DNA from: Nemertoderma westbladi
Taxonomy: Eukaryota; Animalia; Xenacoelomorpha
NCBI GenBank assembly: GCA_032718475.1
Contig: JAUCBJ010007204.1
Coordinates: 85,154 to 149,153 of the forward strand
DNA length: 64,000 nt
Direction: 5' to 3'
Shown: piece by piece, positions 1-11,627 of the stretch
How the letters are laid out: every line of letters begins with the position of its first letter
Position numbering within the stretch: position 1 is the stretch's first letter
The notes under the pieces: generated by a model
The model's input: only the letters and a program-made list of their open reading frames with translations
The model's database searches: none
What the model was told of the DNA's origin: nothing
Program-made: the position numbers and the translations under genes

Positions 1-39
1 CTATCTAACGGAGAGAAACTTAGGTTCCTCATCAAGTGC

Positions 40-3000
40 TTGGAAGGACCTCCCAAGTTAATGGCGTTAAAGTTTATTGGACATCCAGAAGGATTAAGAC
101 AAGTATGGGATACATTAAACATCAGGTATGGTAACAAGGATAACATAGCTAAGTATTTGTATGCAAAATTAGTAGCCCCCCGACACTTCCTTAGTAGCGG
201 GATTATAGAGTTTTCCGATGAGATTCAAGAGATCTGTAGACAATTGGAATTGTTAGGTAAGTCTCATGAATATCAGAGTTCAATGGTTATTGGAGCCGTA
301 GTCTCTACTTTACCAAAGGGTGGAGTATGTACACGCTGGGACAAGAAAGTGTTGTACATGAATGAACAACAACGACGAAGTCCTACCATGGCTGATCTCA
401 TGTCCTTTTTAGATGGTGAGGTAAAACTACAACTCATCAAGCAGTCCAGAGAGAAAACATCAGAAAATAAGGTAAGTGAGAAACCCGCTTCTAGGAGAAG
501 AATAACACCGGTGTGTTACACTGACGACGGCGAAAGCCAAGTTTCTCAAGAAGAGGACAGCGGGAAAGACACTGAGAGATCTTACTACGTTGATAAAACC
601 CCAAAAGATGTAAGTAAATATAAGGCTCGAAACAACGATAGGAGAGAACAGGTTGCCAAGACCCCCCCTCAGTCTCCTAACAGAATGCACCGAAGAAAAC
701 CCGAAGAAAAAACGAGAGTGCATCAAGTTACCCAAGGAAAAGTGAGTAAGATAAAACCTAACTGTGCGCTGTGCGACGGAACCCACCGTTTGAGTGCGTG
801 TGCTGAATTTCTAAAGAAGTCCCTTGTAGACAGACGTGCAGTCGTATGGGACAAGCGGTTATGCTATAATTGCCTCAGACCAGGACACCAACGGCGAACC
901 TGTTACTCCGACATAAAGTGTGCAAAGTGTGGCGCGAAACATCACATCTTGTTACACAGTGAGTTCGAACGAGACAAACAGAGTCAGGTAAGTGAGCCCG
1001 AACTACATGTCCAATTCAGTGATGTAAATGACACTGATCAGGAGTCTGAGATGGAAGGATTCTATACTGACGAATTCTCCGACGCCAACGAATCCTGTTA
1101 TCTAATCAATACCGCAGTGTATCGAGCACTTACTTATGAAAAGGACACCAACAATGAGTTTCCCCCAACTACTTTTGCCAAACAACCATCTTGGAAAGCT
1201 CCAACTTCCAACGTAGGAATCAGAGAATTTCCTGTAGTGCAGGTAAGAGTTCACGGTCTTAACAAAAGTTACATAGTGAACGCCCTCCTTGACTCCGGCA
1301 GCACAGGAACATTCATCGATCAAGAATTAGCCGAAGATATCTTTGCTGGACAACCCAAATTCCGGACTAAATTGAATATGTCAGGAATTATGCAGGTTTG
1401 GAAATCTACCTTAACGGCAGATTACTATGTAGGTGTGTTGTCCACCCCCCAGGATAAGTTAGGAGCACAAGGTATAAGGTCGGTAAAAATGGTGGCTATA
1501 AAGAACTTCGCTACCACTCAAGCAGACCTTTATAATTGGGACGAGGATGAGAGCATCCAACATCTTAAGATACCTCGATTCCAGACAGATTATCCTGGAG
1601 TGCAAATACTCATCGGCCAAAACACGCACGAGGCGCTCGAAACATTAGAGAAACGGCCTGCTCAACCGCAGCCACTGCAAACCTATGCGGTAAGAACTAG
1701 AGTAGGTTGGTACTTTACTGGCCCTTCCCGCAGGACTCTCGAAGAGAGAATGCCACAAGAACAAACATACCAAGTACACGATTGGGAAGTGGAGAGCAGT
1801 GAGGTGGACGAACTAACTGAGGGAACACCATACTCCTCAGATAATGACGACATCTACCAACTCTTCGATGAAGAGAACACCATCGACCTACTTACAGAAA
1901 ACCAAACTTGGAAAAGTCAGGTGAACCTATGTCAACTGATTCACCCATCGGAACCCATCGCTTACAATGATGAACTAAACGATGAGATAGAGCGCTACAA
2001 CGCTAGAACTCGGGACGAACTAGCCGTACGATTCTTTACTCAGGAACTGGTAGAGCCCAATTCATATGATAAGGCTCTATCGATAGAAGAAGAAAGAGCC
2101 AAGCAAATCCAGGAAACAACTACACGTTTTTTAAAGGACCAAGGTAGGTATGAAATCGGCCTACCATTTCGAAAACGAGAACCTAGATTTATAAATAACA
2201 GACCCTTGGCAGAAAAAAGAATCGCTCAATTATATCGACGCCTTACAGCTAATGCTTCAGCGAAAGAAATGTACCAAACTCAGCTGAAGAAATTTATAAC
2301 AAAGGGATACGCGGAGAGAGTACCGGAAGGAACACCAGTGACTGAGAGAACGTATTATTTAACACATCATTACGTTCCCAAACCCGGTAAACCCCATGAA
2401 GTACGAGTCGTATTTGATGGCTCTGCTCTATATATGGGCCAATCCCTCAATTCCGAGTTGTTACCAGGACCCAACTTACTCCAATCTTTGTTGGGAATAC
2501 TATTAAGATTAAGACAATATTCCATCGCGTTCGCCTCTGATATAGAAGGAATGTTCTTACAAGTCAAGGCGCTGGATAGAGATAGAGACAGCCTGAGATT
2601 TCTGTGGTGGCCTGAAGGAGACCTCAACCAGAAACCGGTAGAGTACTGGATGACCATCCAGGCTTTTGGGATCATATCAAGCCCTTCCAACGCCTGCTCC
2701 GTGGTGCGAACCACTGCGAATGACAACCGAGACTCCTTCTCCAAAGAAGTGATAGACAACATAAAACGCAATATATACATGGACGACAATTTAAGGTCCC
2801 TTCCATCAGTAGAAGAAGCCATAGCTGTCGCGAAAGGGACGGTAGAGTGTTTGAAAAGAGGTGGATTTCGACTGACGAAATTCACTAGCAACTCCCGTGA
2901 GTTTCTGGAAGCCATACCGGTAGAAGACCGAGGAACGAAAGACCTAGACTTAATAAAAGACGATCTTCCTGAAACCAAGACGCTAGGCTTGAAGTGGGAC

Positions 3001-5661
3001 ACTGAAAGAGACATCCTGTTTTTTCAGTTAAAACAGCGAGATAATCCAGTTCGGACCAAACGGATTTGTTTAAGCATCCTGAGCAATTATTTCGACCCAT
3101 TGGGATTTATTAGCCCAGTTATATTGATTGCTCGGAGTTTAGTACAACAGATGTGGCTTGAAAACCACTCATGGGACGATCCGCTTAAGGGAGAATTGTT
3201 AAAGAGATGGATGAAGTGGGAAGATTCTCTACCTGCCATCGAGAACTTTATAATTTCCCGTGCATATTTTGGCCATGTTCTTCCTACGTATTCCTATCAA
3301 CTCCATGTGTTTGGAGACGCCAGCGACATGGGAATAGGTATAGTAGCATATCTGCGAGTCGAAACTCCGGATGGAATCAAAGTCGCCTTGGTTACCTCTA
3401 AGGCATTGATTAACAACAAGCTAAAGGTTCCTCGAGCGGAGTTAAAGGCGGCTTTATACGCTACAGCCATCAGCCGGAACGTAACGGAACAAATCGACTA
3501 TCCACTGGAGAAAACGGTTTATTGGACCGACGCTTTACTCGTGTTGGAGTATCTCACCAATGAAGTCTGTCAGTTTAGCGTTTTTGTTACTAACCGAGTA
3601 GCTATTATTCTTAGTCGCACAAAGATAGATCAATGGAGACATTGCCCTGGTACGATTAATCCAGCCGATATCGCCTCCAGGGGAGCAACTCCACAGGAAC
3701 TGATAGATACTCCAGATTGGTTGGGTGGACCCGACTTCCTGAGCAAGGAAGAGGATGAATGGCCTCCTCACCTTACTACGGCAGAGATTAGACAAGCCAA
3801 GGGAGCGGAGACAGTCAAACCTAAAACCCGGGCGAGTAAATCGAAGTTATTTAAACCGACTATCGATCTATCTGTATTACATACTTCCGGGAATGATGCT
3901 TCGGATCCACAATCCCTCAACACAAATAAGTCTGTTGTGGAAATTAGAGATAAAGATTGGAAATCTGGAATACCAGACGTCTCGCAAGGAATCTCACCCA
4001 TGCTGCAGAGAGCAATGCATCATTACAGTTCCTGGAATCGGCTCTGTAAAGCCGTCACATATTTAAGACGATGTTTTCATCATCACTACTCCAGGACGAA
4101 GACCACTAGTGATCACGCTCCATTGACATCTGCACAAGTTCATGTTATTAAGAATTTACCCAAATATAAGATATCTGATCGTTTTCTAAAAGAGAAAATT
4201 AGTCACCAGGAGCATGAAGAAACAAATAAGCAGATACTGAGACTCCTGCAATGCTATGAGGATTCCGAAAAGTACTTCCTGTTGTTGAGAAATCCGCAGA
4301 TGCGCTTAAGGGATCGATTCTCGAGCACAATGATAGATGGGTTAATACGTGTTGGAGGAAGACTCACCAACGCGCCCTTATCCTTTGACACCAAATTCCC
4401 CATACTTATTAGAAATCTTGAAGTACAAATCAAGATGATTGTAGACGTTCACGGTAAACTTTATCATGCTGGTAGAGAACGAATTCTTAGCGAAATTCGA
4501 ACTCGCTATTATTTTGATAAACCCCGTAGAGCTCTGAACCAAGTTCTTAGGAACTGCATACCCTGTAGGAAAGCATTCAGTAGGCCTTTAACACAGCGAG
4601 AGGCAGAATTACCTAGGGAACGAGTAAGCTTCTATGAACCACCTTTTACTAATACTGGTGTAGATTTATTTGGCCCTATTGAAGTATATCGTGCGAGGAC
4701 TATAGTCAAGAGATGGTGTGTCATCTTCGTGTGCATGACCTGTAGAGCCATCCATCTCGATATGGTGAACGATCTATCTACTAACAGCTTCGTCTTAAGT
4801 TTACGACGACAGATCGCTCGCTTCGGGACGAGTAATACCATGAGATCGGATAAAGGAACGAACTTCATAGGTGCCAACAACGAGATACAGGCTTACGTGA
4901 AGGACTGGAACCAAAGACAGGTGGACGACCAGCTAAGGATAACAGCGTCTAGCTGGACCTTCAACGCTGCCGACGCCCCTTGGTGGGGAGGAAGTTGGGA
5001 GAGATTAATTCGAAGTGTCAAAACCGCATTTCACTTTATAGTGCCATGCCGCGCGTATCTCACCGAAGAACTTTTGCGGACGTTAATGGAGGAAATCGCT
5101 GCCTATCTCAACGAGAGACCGCTTATGCCAGTCTCATCGAGTCCCGATTCCCTGGAAGCGCTAACACCCGCGCACTTCCTACTGAAGAAACCTGTAGCCA
5201 TGCTCCCACGATCGGAGATTGCCGACGGAGACGAATACTGCCGTCGAACTTGGCAACTTATGCAGTTGCTATCCCGTCGTTTCGCTGACCATTTCGAGAA
5301 ACATTATCTGCCCACGCTACAACTTCGAACTAAGTGGTTTGCGCAGCAAGAAAACGTCAGCGCCGGAGATATGGTGCTTATTGTAGATCCAGACCTCCCA
5401 CGTAAACGGTGGCAGACAGGTCGTATCATCGAGACACACATTTCAGATGATGGTTTAGTACGCTCGGTAGAACTCATCGTCATGCGGCGTAACTTCAAGA
5501 AGCCAGGCATCATCTTTGAGACGCAACAACTCAATCGCCCAGTTGGTCGTTTATGTTTACTGGAAAGAGACAGAGAACTCTCCGGGAACTATGGAAGGCA
5601 AGACACTCTTCCCACGACCACCTCCCTAATTCCTCAAACATCTAGGGACTCCCTAACGTGA
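40..5661 (+). CDS. BEL/Pao Gag-Pol polyprotein (frame open from the window edge, N-terminus outside)
   Basis: Triple zinc knuckle (CALCDGTHRLSAC, CYNCLRPGHQRRTC, CAKCGAKHHILLH), protease LLDSGS, RT (RVVFDGS, YMDD), RNase H HVFGDAS, NPADIASRG, integrase HHCC plus GVDLFGP/SDKGTNF/WERLIR. All are typical BEL/Pao motifs. Confidence 0.95.
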   Translation: MEGPPKLMALKFIGHPEGLRQVWDTLNIRYGNKDNIAKYLYAKLVAPRHFLSSGIIEFSDEIQEICRQLELLGKSHEYQSSMVIGAVVSTLPKGGVCTRWDKKVLYMNEQQRRSPTMADLMSFLDGEVKLQLIKQSREKTSENKVSEKPASRRRITPVCYTDDGESQVSQEEDSGKDTERSYYVDKTPKDVSKYKARNNDRREQVAKTPPQSPNRMHRRKPEEKTRVHQVTQGKVSKIKPNCALCDGTHRLSACAEFLKKSLVDRRAVVWDKRLCYNCLRPGHQRRTCYSDIKCAKCGAKHHILLHSEFERDKQSQVSEPELHVQFSDVNDTDQESEMEGFYTDEFSDANESCYLINTAVYRALTYEKDTNNEFPPTTFAKQPSWKAPTSNVGIREFPVVQVRVHGLNKSYIVNALLDSGSTGTFIDQELAEDIFAGQPKFRTKLNMSGIMQVWKSTLTADYYVGVLSTPQDKLGAQGIRSVKMVAIKNFATTQADLYNWDEDESIQHLKIPRFQTDYPGVQILIGQNTHEALETLEKRPAQPQPLQTYAVRTRVGWYFTGPSRRTLEERMPQEQTYQVHDWEVESSEVDELTEGTPYSSDNDDIYQLFDEENTIDLLTENQTWKSQVNLCQLIHPSEPIAYNDELNDEIERYNARTRDELAVRFFTQELVEPNSYDKALSIEEERAKQIQETTTRFLKDQGRYEIGLPFRKREPRFINNRPLAEKRIAQLYRRLTANASAKEMYQTQLKKFITKGYAERVPEGTPVTERTYYLTHHYVPKPGKPHEVRVVFDGSALYMGQSLNSELLPGPNLLQSLLGILLRLRQYSIAFASDIEGMFLQVKALDRDRDSLRFLWWPEGDLNQKPVEYWMTIQAFGIISSPSNACSVVRTTANDNRDSFSKEVIDNIKRNIYMDDNLRSLPSVEEAIAVAKGTVECLKRGGFRLTKFTSNSREFLEAIPVEDRGTKDLDLIKDDLPETKTLGLKWDTERDILFFQLKQRDNPVRTKRICLSILSNYFDPLGFISPVILIARSLVQQMWLENHSWDDPLKGELLKRWMKWEDSLPAIENFIISRAYFGHVLPTYSYQLHVFGDASDMGIGIVAYLRVETPDGIKVALVTSKALINNKLKVPRAELKAALYATAISRNVTEQIDYPLEKTVYWTDALLVLEYLTNEVCQFSVFVTNRVAIILSRTKIDQWRHCPGTINPADIASRGATPQELIDTPDWLGGPDFLSKEEDEWPPHLTTAEIRQAKGAETVKPKTRASKSKLFKPTIDLSVLHTSGNDASDPQSLNTNKSVVEIRDKDWKSGIPDVSQGISPMLQRAMHHYSSWNRLCKAVTYLRRCFHHHYSRTKTTSDHAPLTSAQVHVIKNLPKYKISDRFLKEKISHQEHEETNKQILRLLQCYEDSEKYFLLLRNPQMRLRDRFSSTMIDGLIRVGGRLTNAPLSFDTKFPILIRNLEVQIKMIVDVHGKLYHAGRERILSEIRTRYYFDKPRRALNQVLRNCIPCRKAFSRPLTQREAELPRERVSFYEPPFTNTGVDLFGPIEVYRARTIVKRWCVIFVCMTCRAIHLDMVNDLSTNSFVLSLRRQIARFGTSNTMRSDKGTNFIGANNEIQAYVKDWNQRQVDDQLRITASSWTFNAADAPWWGGSWERLIRSVKTAFHFIVPCRAYLTEELLRTLMEEIAAYLNERPLMPVSSSPDSLEALTPAHFLLKKPVAMLPRSEIADGDEYCRRTWQLMQLLSRRFADHFEKHYLPTLQLRTKWFAQQENVSAGDMVLIVDPDLPRKRWQTGRIIETHISDDGLVRSVELIVMRRNFKKPGIIFETQQLNRPVGRLCLLERDRELSGNYGRQDTLPTTTSLIPQTSRDSLT

Positions 5662-6207
5662 TACGTCTGGAGTGGGTGTATGACTATATTGTTTTATCTA
5701 TTTTGTTATATTTTTATATGCGAACTTTATTATGTACTTTATTATAATCGTTTTTATTCAATTTTTATTTAGTAGAATGTTATTTTAGTGATTATTTAGT
5801 AGATTAGTGCAATATATTAGTGTTTATTACGTACGTAATTACTTATAATATATATTTAGTACGACGGCGAGAAATAATTTTTTCTCTTTCCTTACTGTCC
5901 GTATCATATTATAAATACGTGACTACAGTAAGATGAAATGTCCGTACTTCTTAAAGTACAATAAAGCCACTACTATATTCAAGTATTATTGGTAGGCAGA
6001 GTATTAGGAATGCAAAGTTCAGATCCTCGTGTCTCGGCTAAGCCAAGCTCTGGGTAGACCTTGGAAACGACTTGCCTCTTCACACTGACATTGCTTCGTG
6101 CGATATTGCTCTTCTACCTTATATTAAATAATACATATAGTAGCGTGATGTCCCTCTAGCAGTAGCGTAAAACGCAAATAAATCTGTTAAACCTTTTGAC
6201 CATCTGT

Positions 6208-6480
6208 AATTCTAGTCGATTAAGATATCGCGGCACCCACCGATATACTTGAAAGACAAATTCTAGAATCAATGGTTAACGTCCCCAGACAAGTTCTGGA
6301 ATAAATCGGTGCCCATCTTAAATATTAATTTAATATTTGTTAAAATCAGTAAAATTCAGATCTGTTAACAATTCTAGTCGATTAAGATATTGTAGCACTT
6401 CCCGATACTCTTAAAAGACAAATTTCATAGAATTAAGGATCCTATGTCCCCAGACCTGCTCTGGAATCAAATTGTGTCAA
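6208..6480 (+). repeat. Two-copy ~160 bp direct repeat in the pol-ORF2 spacer
   Basis: AATTCTAGTCGATTAAGATAT...GACAAATT...GTCCCCAGAC...CTGGAAT occurs at ~6208 and ~6370. The same pair is in copy D (~48361, ~48523) and copy C (~31980-32255, minus). Confidence 0.85.
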
Positions 6481-7287
6481 TTTTAACATCAAATAATAAA
6501 ATTCACGGGAATAAATTTAAATTCATATTTTTAAATGAATTTCATAAATTGTCATTTTGTACAATTTATAACATTCCCAAAATTCCATTAATTAATAGAT
6601 CATGGGAGCGGAGATTCATCCTGTTGAGTGTATTAGAGTGCGAGAATCTCCAACATATAGTCAATAGCCGATAAAATTAACAAAATCATGCATAAAGAGG
6701 ATATTGACAATTAAAGAATTATTATTAAATAGCATCCCAGATCTGTATGCATGAGAATTACCCTAATTCTACCGCTAGCATTCCATAATGTCACCATAGC
6801 AACACCCACGCTAGAATTAGAAGCAAGTTAAAAGAACAATAGAAAGCTTGTCCCATTGCCTAGCATAGAGAATACATAGCACACTGTTAGTATCCAAGGA
6901 TACACAGTAATAAAGTGACATTCTGGAAGGCACTGACTAACGGACAAATGGCCTGTATGTGTGCAGTTGTTGACAGTTGTGTGGAATTTGTGCGTTTATA
7001 GGTGAATGTTACTACTAAAGTATGTTTACAGTAGCTAGTCGCAATTGTAAAAATAGCCCAACTCTCCTATAGAAAGAACCTAAGTGGATCCAAGCCTTTG
7101 GGACGGACAGTGGAGTGACTTGTGCCGGTTATCGTTGTCGTGCTGTTGCTACATGTTGGCGTAAACACCGCGACGACGGTAGATCGGCGCTGAGAATCCC
7201 ACTGTCCGGGGGCAAAGAGAAGTAGGCAGCGACGCCCGCTCGCCTAAATACAAACTTATTTGATATTAATAAACTCAGATAGCAGAT

Positions 7288-10200
7288 ATGACGGAGTTGA
7301 TAGAAGATGATCTTGGTATTAGGGAGCGATATACTCTACCTTTACAAGCATTTGTGGATAGCTTAATACGCGGTGAAGCCGATCCAACCATTACGGAGGA
7401 CGATGGTCGTTATATCGAACCGCCGATGTCCCAAGAGCAACTTGCGCGTGAATTGGACTATCGAAAATTCACCACTCGCTATACGAATCGTAATGGTACG
7501 TATATGGACTTCCTAACGACCGGCCATCCTATCGATTTACATGATACGGACGATGTAGATACAGAAAGGGAAATGGTTCTATTTAAATATCATACCCAGC
7601 GGAATCGTAACGATAAACCGAGAATAGATCACGAAAATTCTATTCGTAATAGACTGGAAAGAGAAAACGTTGAAGAACCAGATAAACGCATCGACTTCAA
7701 CGAATACTTAGAATTTTTGAGAGAAACCTATCTCAACGTCGCTAGTCAGCAAGCAGAACTTAGAGACTCGATATCCTCAAGGTATCCATCACGACCCTGT
7801 GGTAGAACTCAAACGGCTCTATTTCACTATGATGTATCTTACCGCCGATCGTCCACTACCTGTTATCCCGGATAGTTTTGAACAAATGGAAGAATATTGC
7901 AAAACTGGAGAACGTTCACCTGCGTTTCCTCTACAGGACATACGTCTTTGGTATTATTGTGACGAATGCCCTAGACCCAACCAACAAACTGAAAGACACA
8001 AACATCCGCGGAGACATTGCGCTAAACATAGTTTTACGCGTTACACTTACGGGAGTTTCGAGCGAAACCTGTTCGACGTACCGCCCACGATCGCTCGTCT
8101 TAAACGATCACTGAATAAACCCATGATCAGAGTTCCGGAATACTCGGTCAGGCCTCCTCATTCCCTAGTGAGACCTCAAACTCTTGATCCTAACAGTATC
8201 ACTGATCCTCCCGAACTATATTCCCTGTTCAAAGACTTAGTGTTACCCGAACAACTAATCGGTGGTGCTCCGGTAGTGGGTTCGTTAGACATCCGCCCAT
8301 CCTACTTAGCCGGATTGGGACGCGGGCAACTAATATCGCCCTTTGATCCTTACAATCGTCCAGGATTAAACCCGATACAACCCGCCACGGAAGTCGAGGA
8401 GAGCGTTATAAGAAACGCTTTAGACGCCATTCGACAGAAAATCGGAAAGGGAACACAAGATTGTTTAGAGAAACGTAAATTACAACAACAAGTCCAATCG
8501 GTGAAGGAGTTAGCCTTGCCACAGTTCGATAGAGAAATCCAAAACCTCGAGGAAGACATCGAGCTTGGACGCACGTATTCTCTACAAGAATTTTTAGATG
8601 AACGCTTACAGAGACAAGCGGAAGAAAATCTAATCGAAGAGAAACACACGAAACTGGAAGAAAGAGAAGAAGCCGCTTTAGCCCAACCTGAAGCTCAAAT
8701 CCTCATGACGGACCTCTACTCTAAAACCGTTCGTCATCCCTCTATGATTCCACATTTCGGAGACAAGCTCTTCGCGACGATACAACCTCAACCGGTTGAT
8801 ATCAGTACAGGATCGCAAAACCTTATCGCTGACGCCCCTATGTTACAGCGTCCGCCGATCGAGGCCGCTCGTGTTGACGGTATACTAGTTGAACCTCCGG
8901 ACAATCGAGCGGATCTTGTCCGTCGTATGGTACACGATGTCAACATACGCGCTAGACCTTTACAGAACTCGTTTTACGGGATTAAAGACCACCCTTATTA
9001 CGTTAATCTGACTCAATATTATATGGTAAAACCAGAAGACCCGACACATGATTTAAAGTTTCTACCACTAATAAATCCTCTAGACATTGTCGAACTCGAA
9101 CAATTGCAGAAACATCTGGATCAGTTAGTAAAGGTAAACTCATTTAGAAAACCATATAACATTTCTCGAATCGAGAAAGATATAGAACCTCCTTATAACC
9201 TCGATGGATTTATTAAAACTCGATTAGTCCATTGGAATCTAGATGTATTATTTGAAGAAGAGAAAATACAAAGATATGGAACTGTGGAGACGTATACCAC
9301 TCGGCATATGAAGTATAGTGATCTATCTCCCTGACGCTAACCAATGCGCCACCTTGTGGCATCCAGTAGGGATGACCCTAGAGAACGCCACCAAGGAGTG
9401 GAATGAAACTCTTAATGTTATTGAGATGTATGGAGTTGTCACCTACGATAATGAAGGTAGCGTTCCGGTCGGAGAGCTAGGAACTACGCGCATGATCCAC
9501 ATCCGCGGATTAGCTGGTTCTACCCACGTGTTTACTCGAGCGTGTTCCGACTTGATTGATTATTCTTTTGAAACTCTCACCGAAACACAAAAGAATCTCC
9601 GACATGGACAATTCGAACTCGCGCAGCGTTACGTCATTGACACCGAACGCAAACCGGCCATGGGCATCGATGGATCGATGTTACCCCAGCCCGTACTCGA
9701 GATGTTGTTCAACGAAAGAATCCTTAAAATCGGCTCAGCTGTTTATGGAGATCTCCAAAACGACTTTCGGAATATGGAGGACATTCCATACCCTTTCGTT
9801 GATACTCAGCTGATTGCTCCCTGGGCAGAAGGTCGAGGTTTCTTCCGCACCATGTATGCTAATACCTCTAGCAACATTACCAAGGTGCAACGAACTTCCA
9901 TCGGACATCTTGCCTTTCAGGAATATGGATGGAATTTCAAAGTCGGAAATCCCATTAACTATCAACAGGTATACGGAGACCATTATTCTCGATTATACTT
10001 TGATGGACCATTGACCGCACCTGGCGCCGTGTATAGCTTCATGAGTGTTCCACTCCGTCCCTCCTTAGCTATATACACGATCTTTGAAAACACCGCACTT
10101 GCCGGTTGGCTAGCCGATGTGTGCAGTCGTACTATACGCGCCCATCCATTAATACTTGGGACCAAACTCGCTAAGCTAGATGAACATAATAAATTCATCC

Positions 10201-11549
10201 GTTTCGAATGTTTCCGGAGATTTTTAACCCCGTTCCGCAACGTGGATAGCCAATTTAAAGACCGCGCCTTGACCAAACTCAGCCTAAGAAACTCAGCTGC
10301 AGAGAAGTTGGATAGCGCTGGATTCGCCATTTTCAAAGAGATTTGTATATTGAACTTGCACTCCTCTGTTATACAAAGACCTCGAATCCCCACCGGTTAT
10401 TCTGTCATGGAAATTCAGACAATAGGTCCACCTGAAGAGACAGACGCGCCCACTTCAGCTATGCACTTGGAAGACGAACCAATATGTCTAGAATCCGAAG
10501 AGATTCAGCCTATCGCGCCCCGGAACAGTGATAACGATTACATCATAGAATGGTATCAAGGTCCACAGTGTCTCACTGCGTACGATTATCGACATGCCAA
10601 CTATGTTTCTAGGCAACGTTGTCGGTTATGCGCATCGAGAGACCACGATACGCCCATGGACACCAACGTCCGCTGTTCCTATTTCCAAGAACAACCGTCT
10701 ATGGAAATTTATTGCGCATATTGCAGACTCAATAACCTGCATATCTTTGCGGTTTGCCCTCAATTTATGACTCAATGTCACCATTGTCAACTAAAGGGAC
10801 ATGCTAGTTTCGACTGCCCTTTTAATCACGATTTGGAAAGCGTAGATGAAATGATCACACTGCGTTACATCAGAGCTTGAGAAGCGAACGCTGATTTACA
10901 TTGTGATTCGCGCCATCGCTATTATCCCGGACGCGCTTACGAAGGAGTTTATGCGTTCCATCCTTATCTATTCGCTTCTGTTGAACAGAAATCACGCATA
11001 TCAAGTTACGAGCTACTGAAGCGCGTCGGAGAATGTATTTCAACTAAATTCGTACGCAAATTTCTCAGGAGTGTTAATCCTAGCGACCTTCATTCCTATA
11101 ACTTAATCAATTATATCCGTCAGGATCCGGACTATGGAGACTTGTTTGTTAACTCACACCCCGAGTTGCAGGAAGTACATCGAAGGCCTTACGAATACCG
11201 AGCCCGCGAACGCGAGTTGGAAAGGACCATTAAACCCCGGAAGTTTCTAACTGCCTATGGTCCACCCACGGCCCTCGTTCAGACCACTCGTAAAGGACCC
11301 GTAAGAGCGGCTGTCTTGAAACGAGCTCTCAAAGCCGTTAGACCCCTCTCACCTGACGTTGATGTCAATCAACCCGGTACTTCGACTGGCGGATACACCG
11401 ACCATAATCCTACACCCTCTGATGCAATCATATTGCACCCTTCACCCAGGAGTTATAGCCCTCCTTGTAAAGTGGCTCGCCCCAAAGAGAAAAGGACTCT
11501 GGCTAGCTTTAAAAAACTGCGTAAACGCCGTCCGCGCAAGAAAGACTAA
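7288..11549 (+). pseudogene. Extra ORF2 of copy A (~1420 aa reconstructed): DEDDy-like 3'-5' exonuclease plus CCHC zinc fingers, disrupted
   Basis: ORFs 7799-9334, 9318-10880 and 11142-11549 are colinear with the continuous 27752-30853 frame of copy C, and 7288-7875 matches the N-terminal ORFs of C and D. Frameshifts near ~7800 and ~9325; TGA replaces TGG at 10878-10880. Confidence 0.85.
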
Positions 11550-11627
11550 CTGTTTAGAGTATTTACGTATATTAGAAACTGTGATTTTGTATATTTTATA
11601 GACTCAAATCCCATTTTCTGGGAGCGG

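Noticed and set aside
460-5534. Antisense and alternative-frame ORFs overlapping gag-pol (also in C, D, E, F and B)
   Set aside because: Shadow ORFs of long coding regions with no independent motifs.
6010-6080. HDV-like ribozyme suggested by AGA-TCCTCGTG-TCT (P3/L3-like)
   Set aside because: P1' does not follow P3' directly and no convincing J4/2 or P2' is present. Kept only as a conserved structured segment.
7288-11549. env gene, by position
   Set aside because: No signal peptide, transmembrane segment or fusion-protein pattern is visible. Exonuclease and zinc-finger motifs are present instead.
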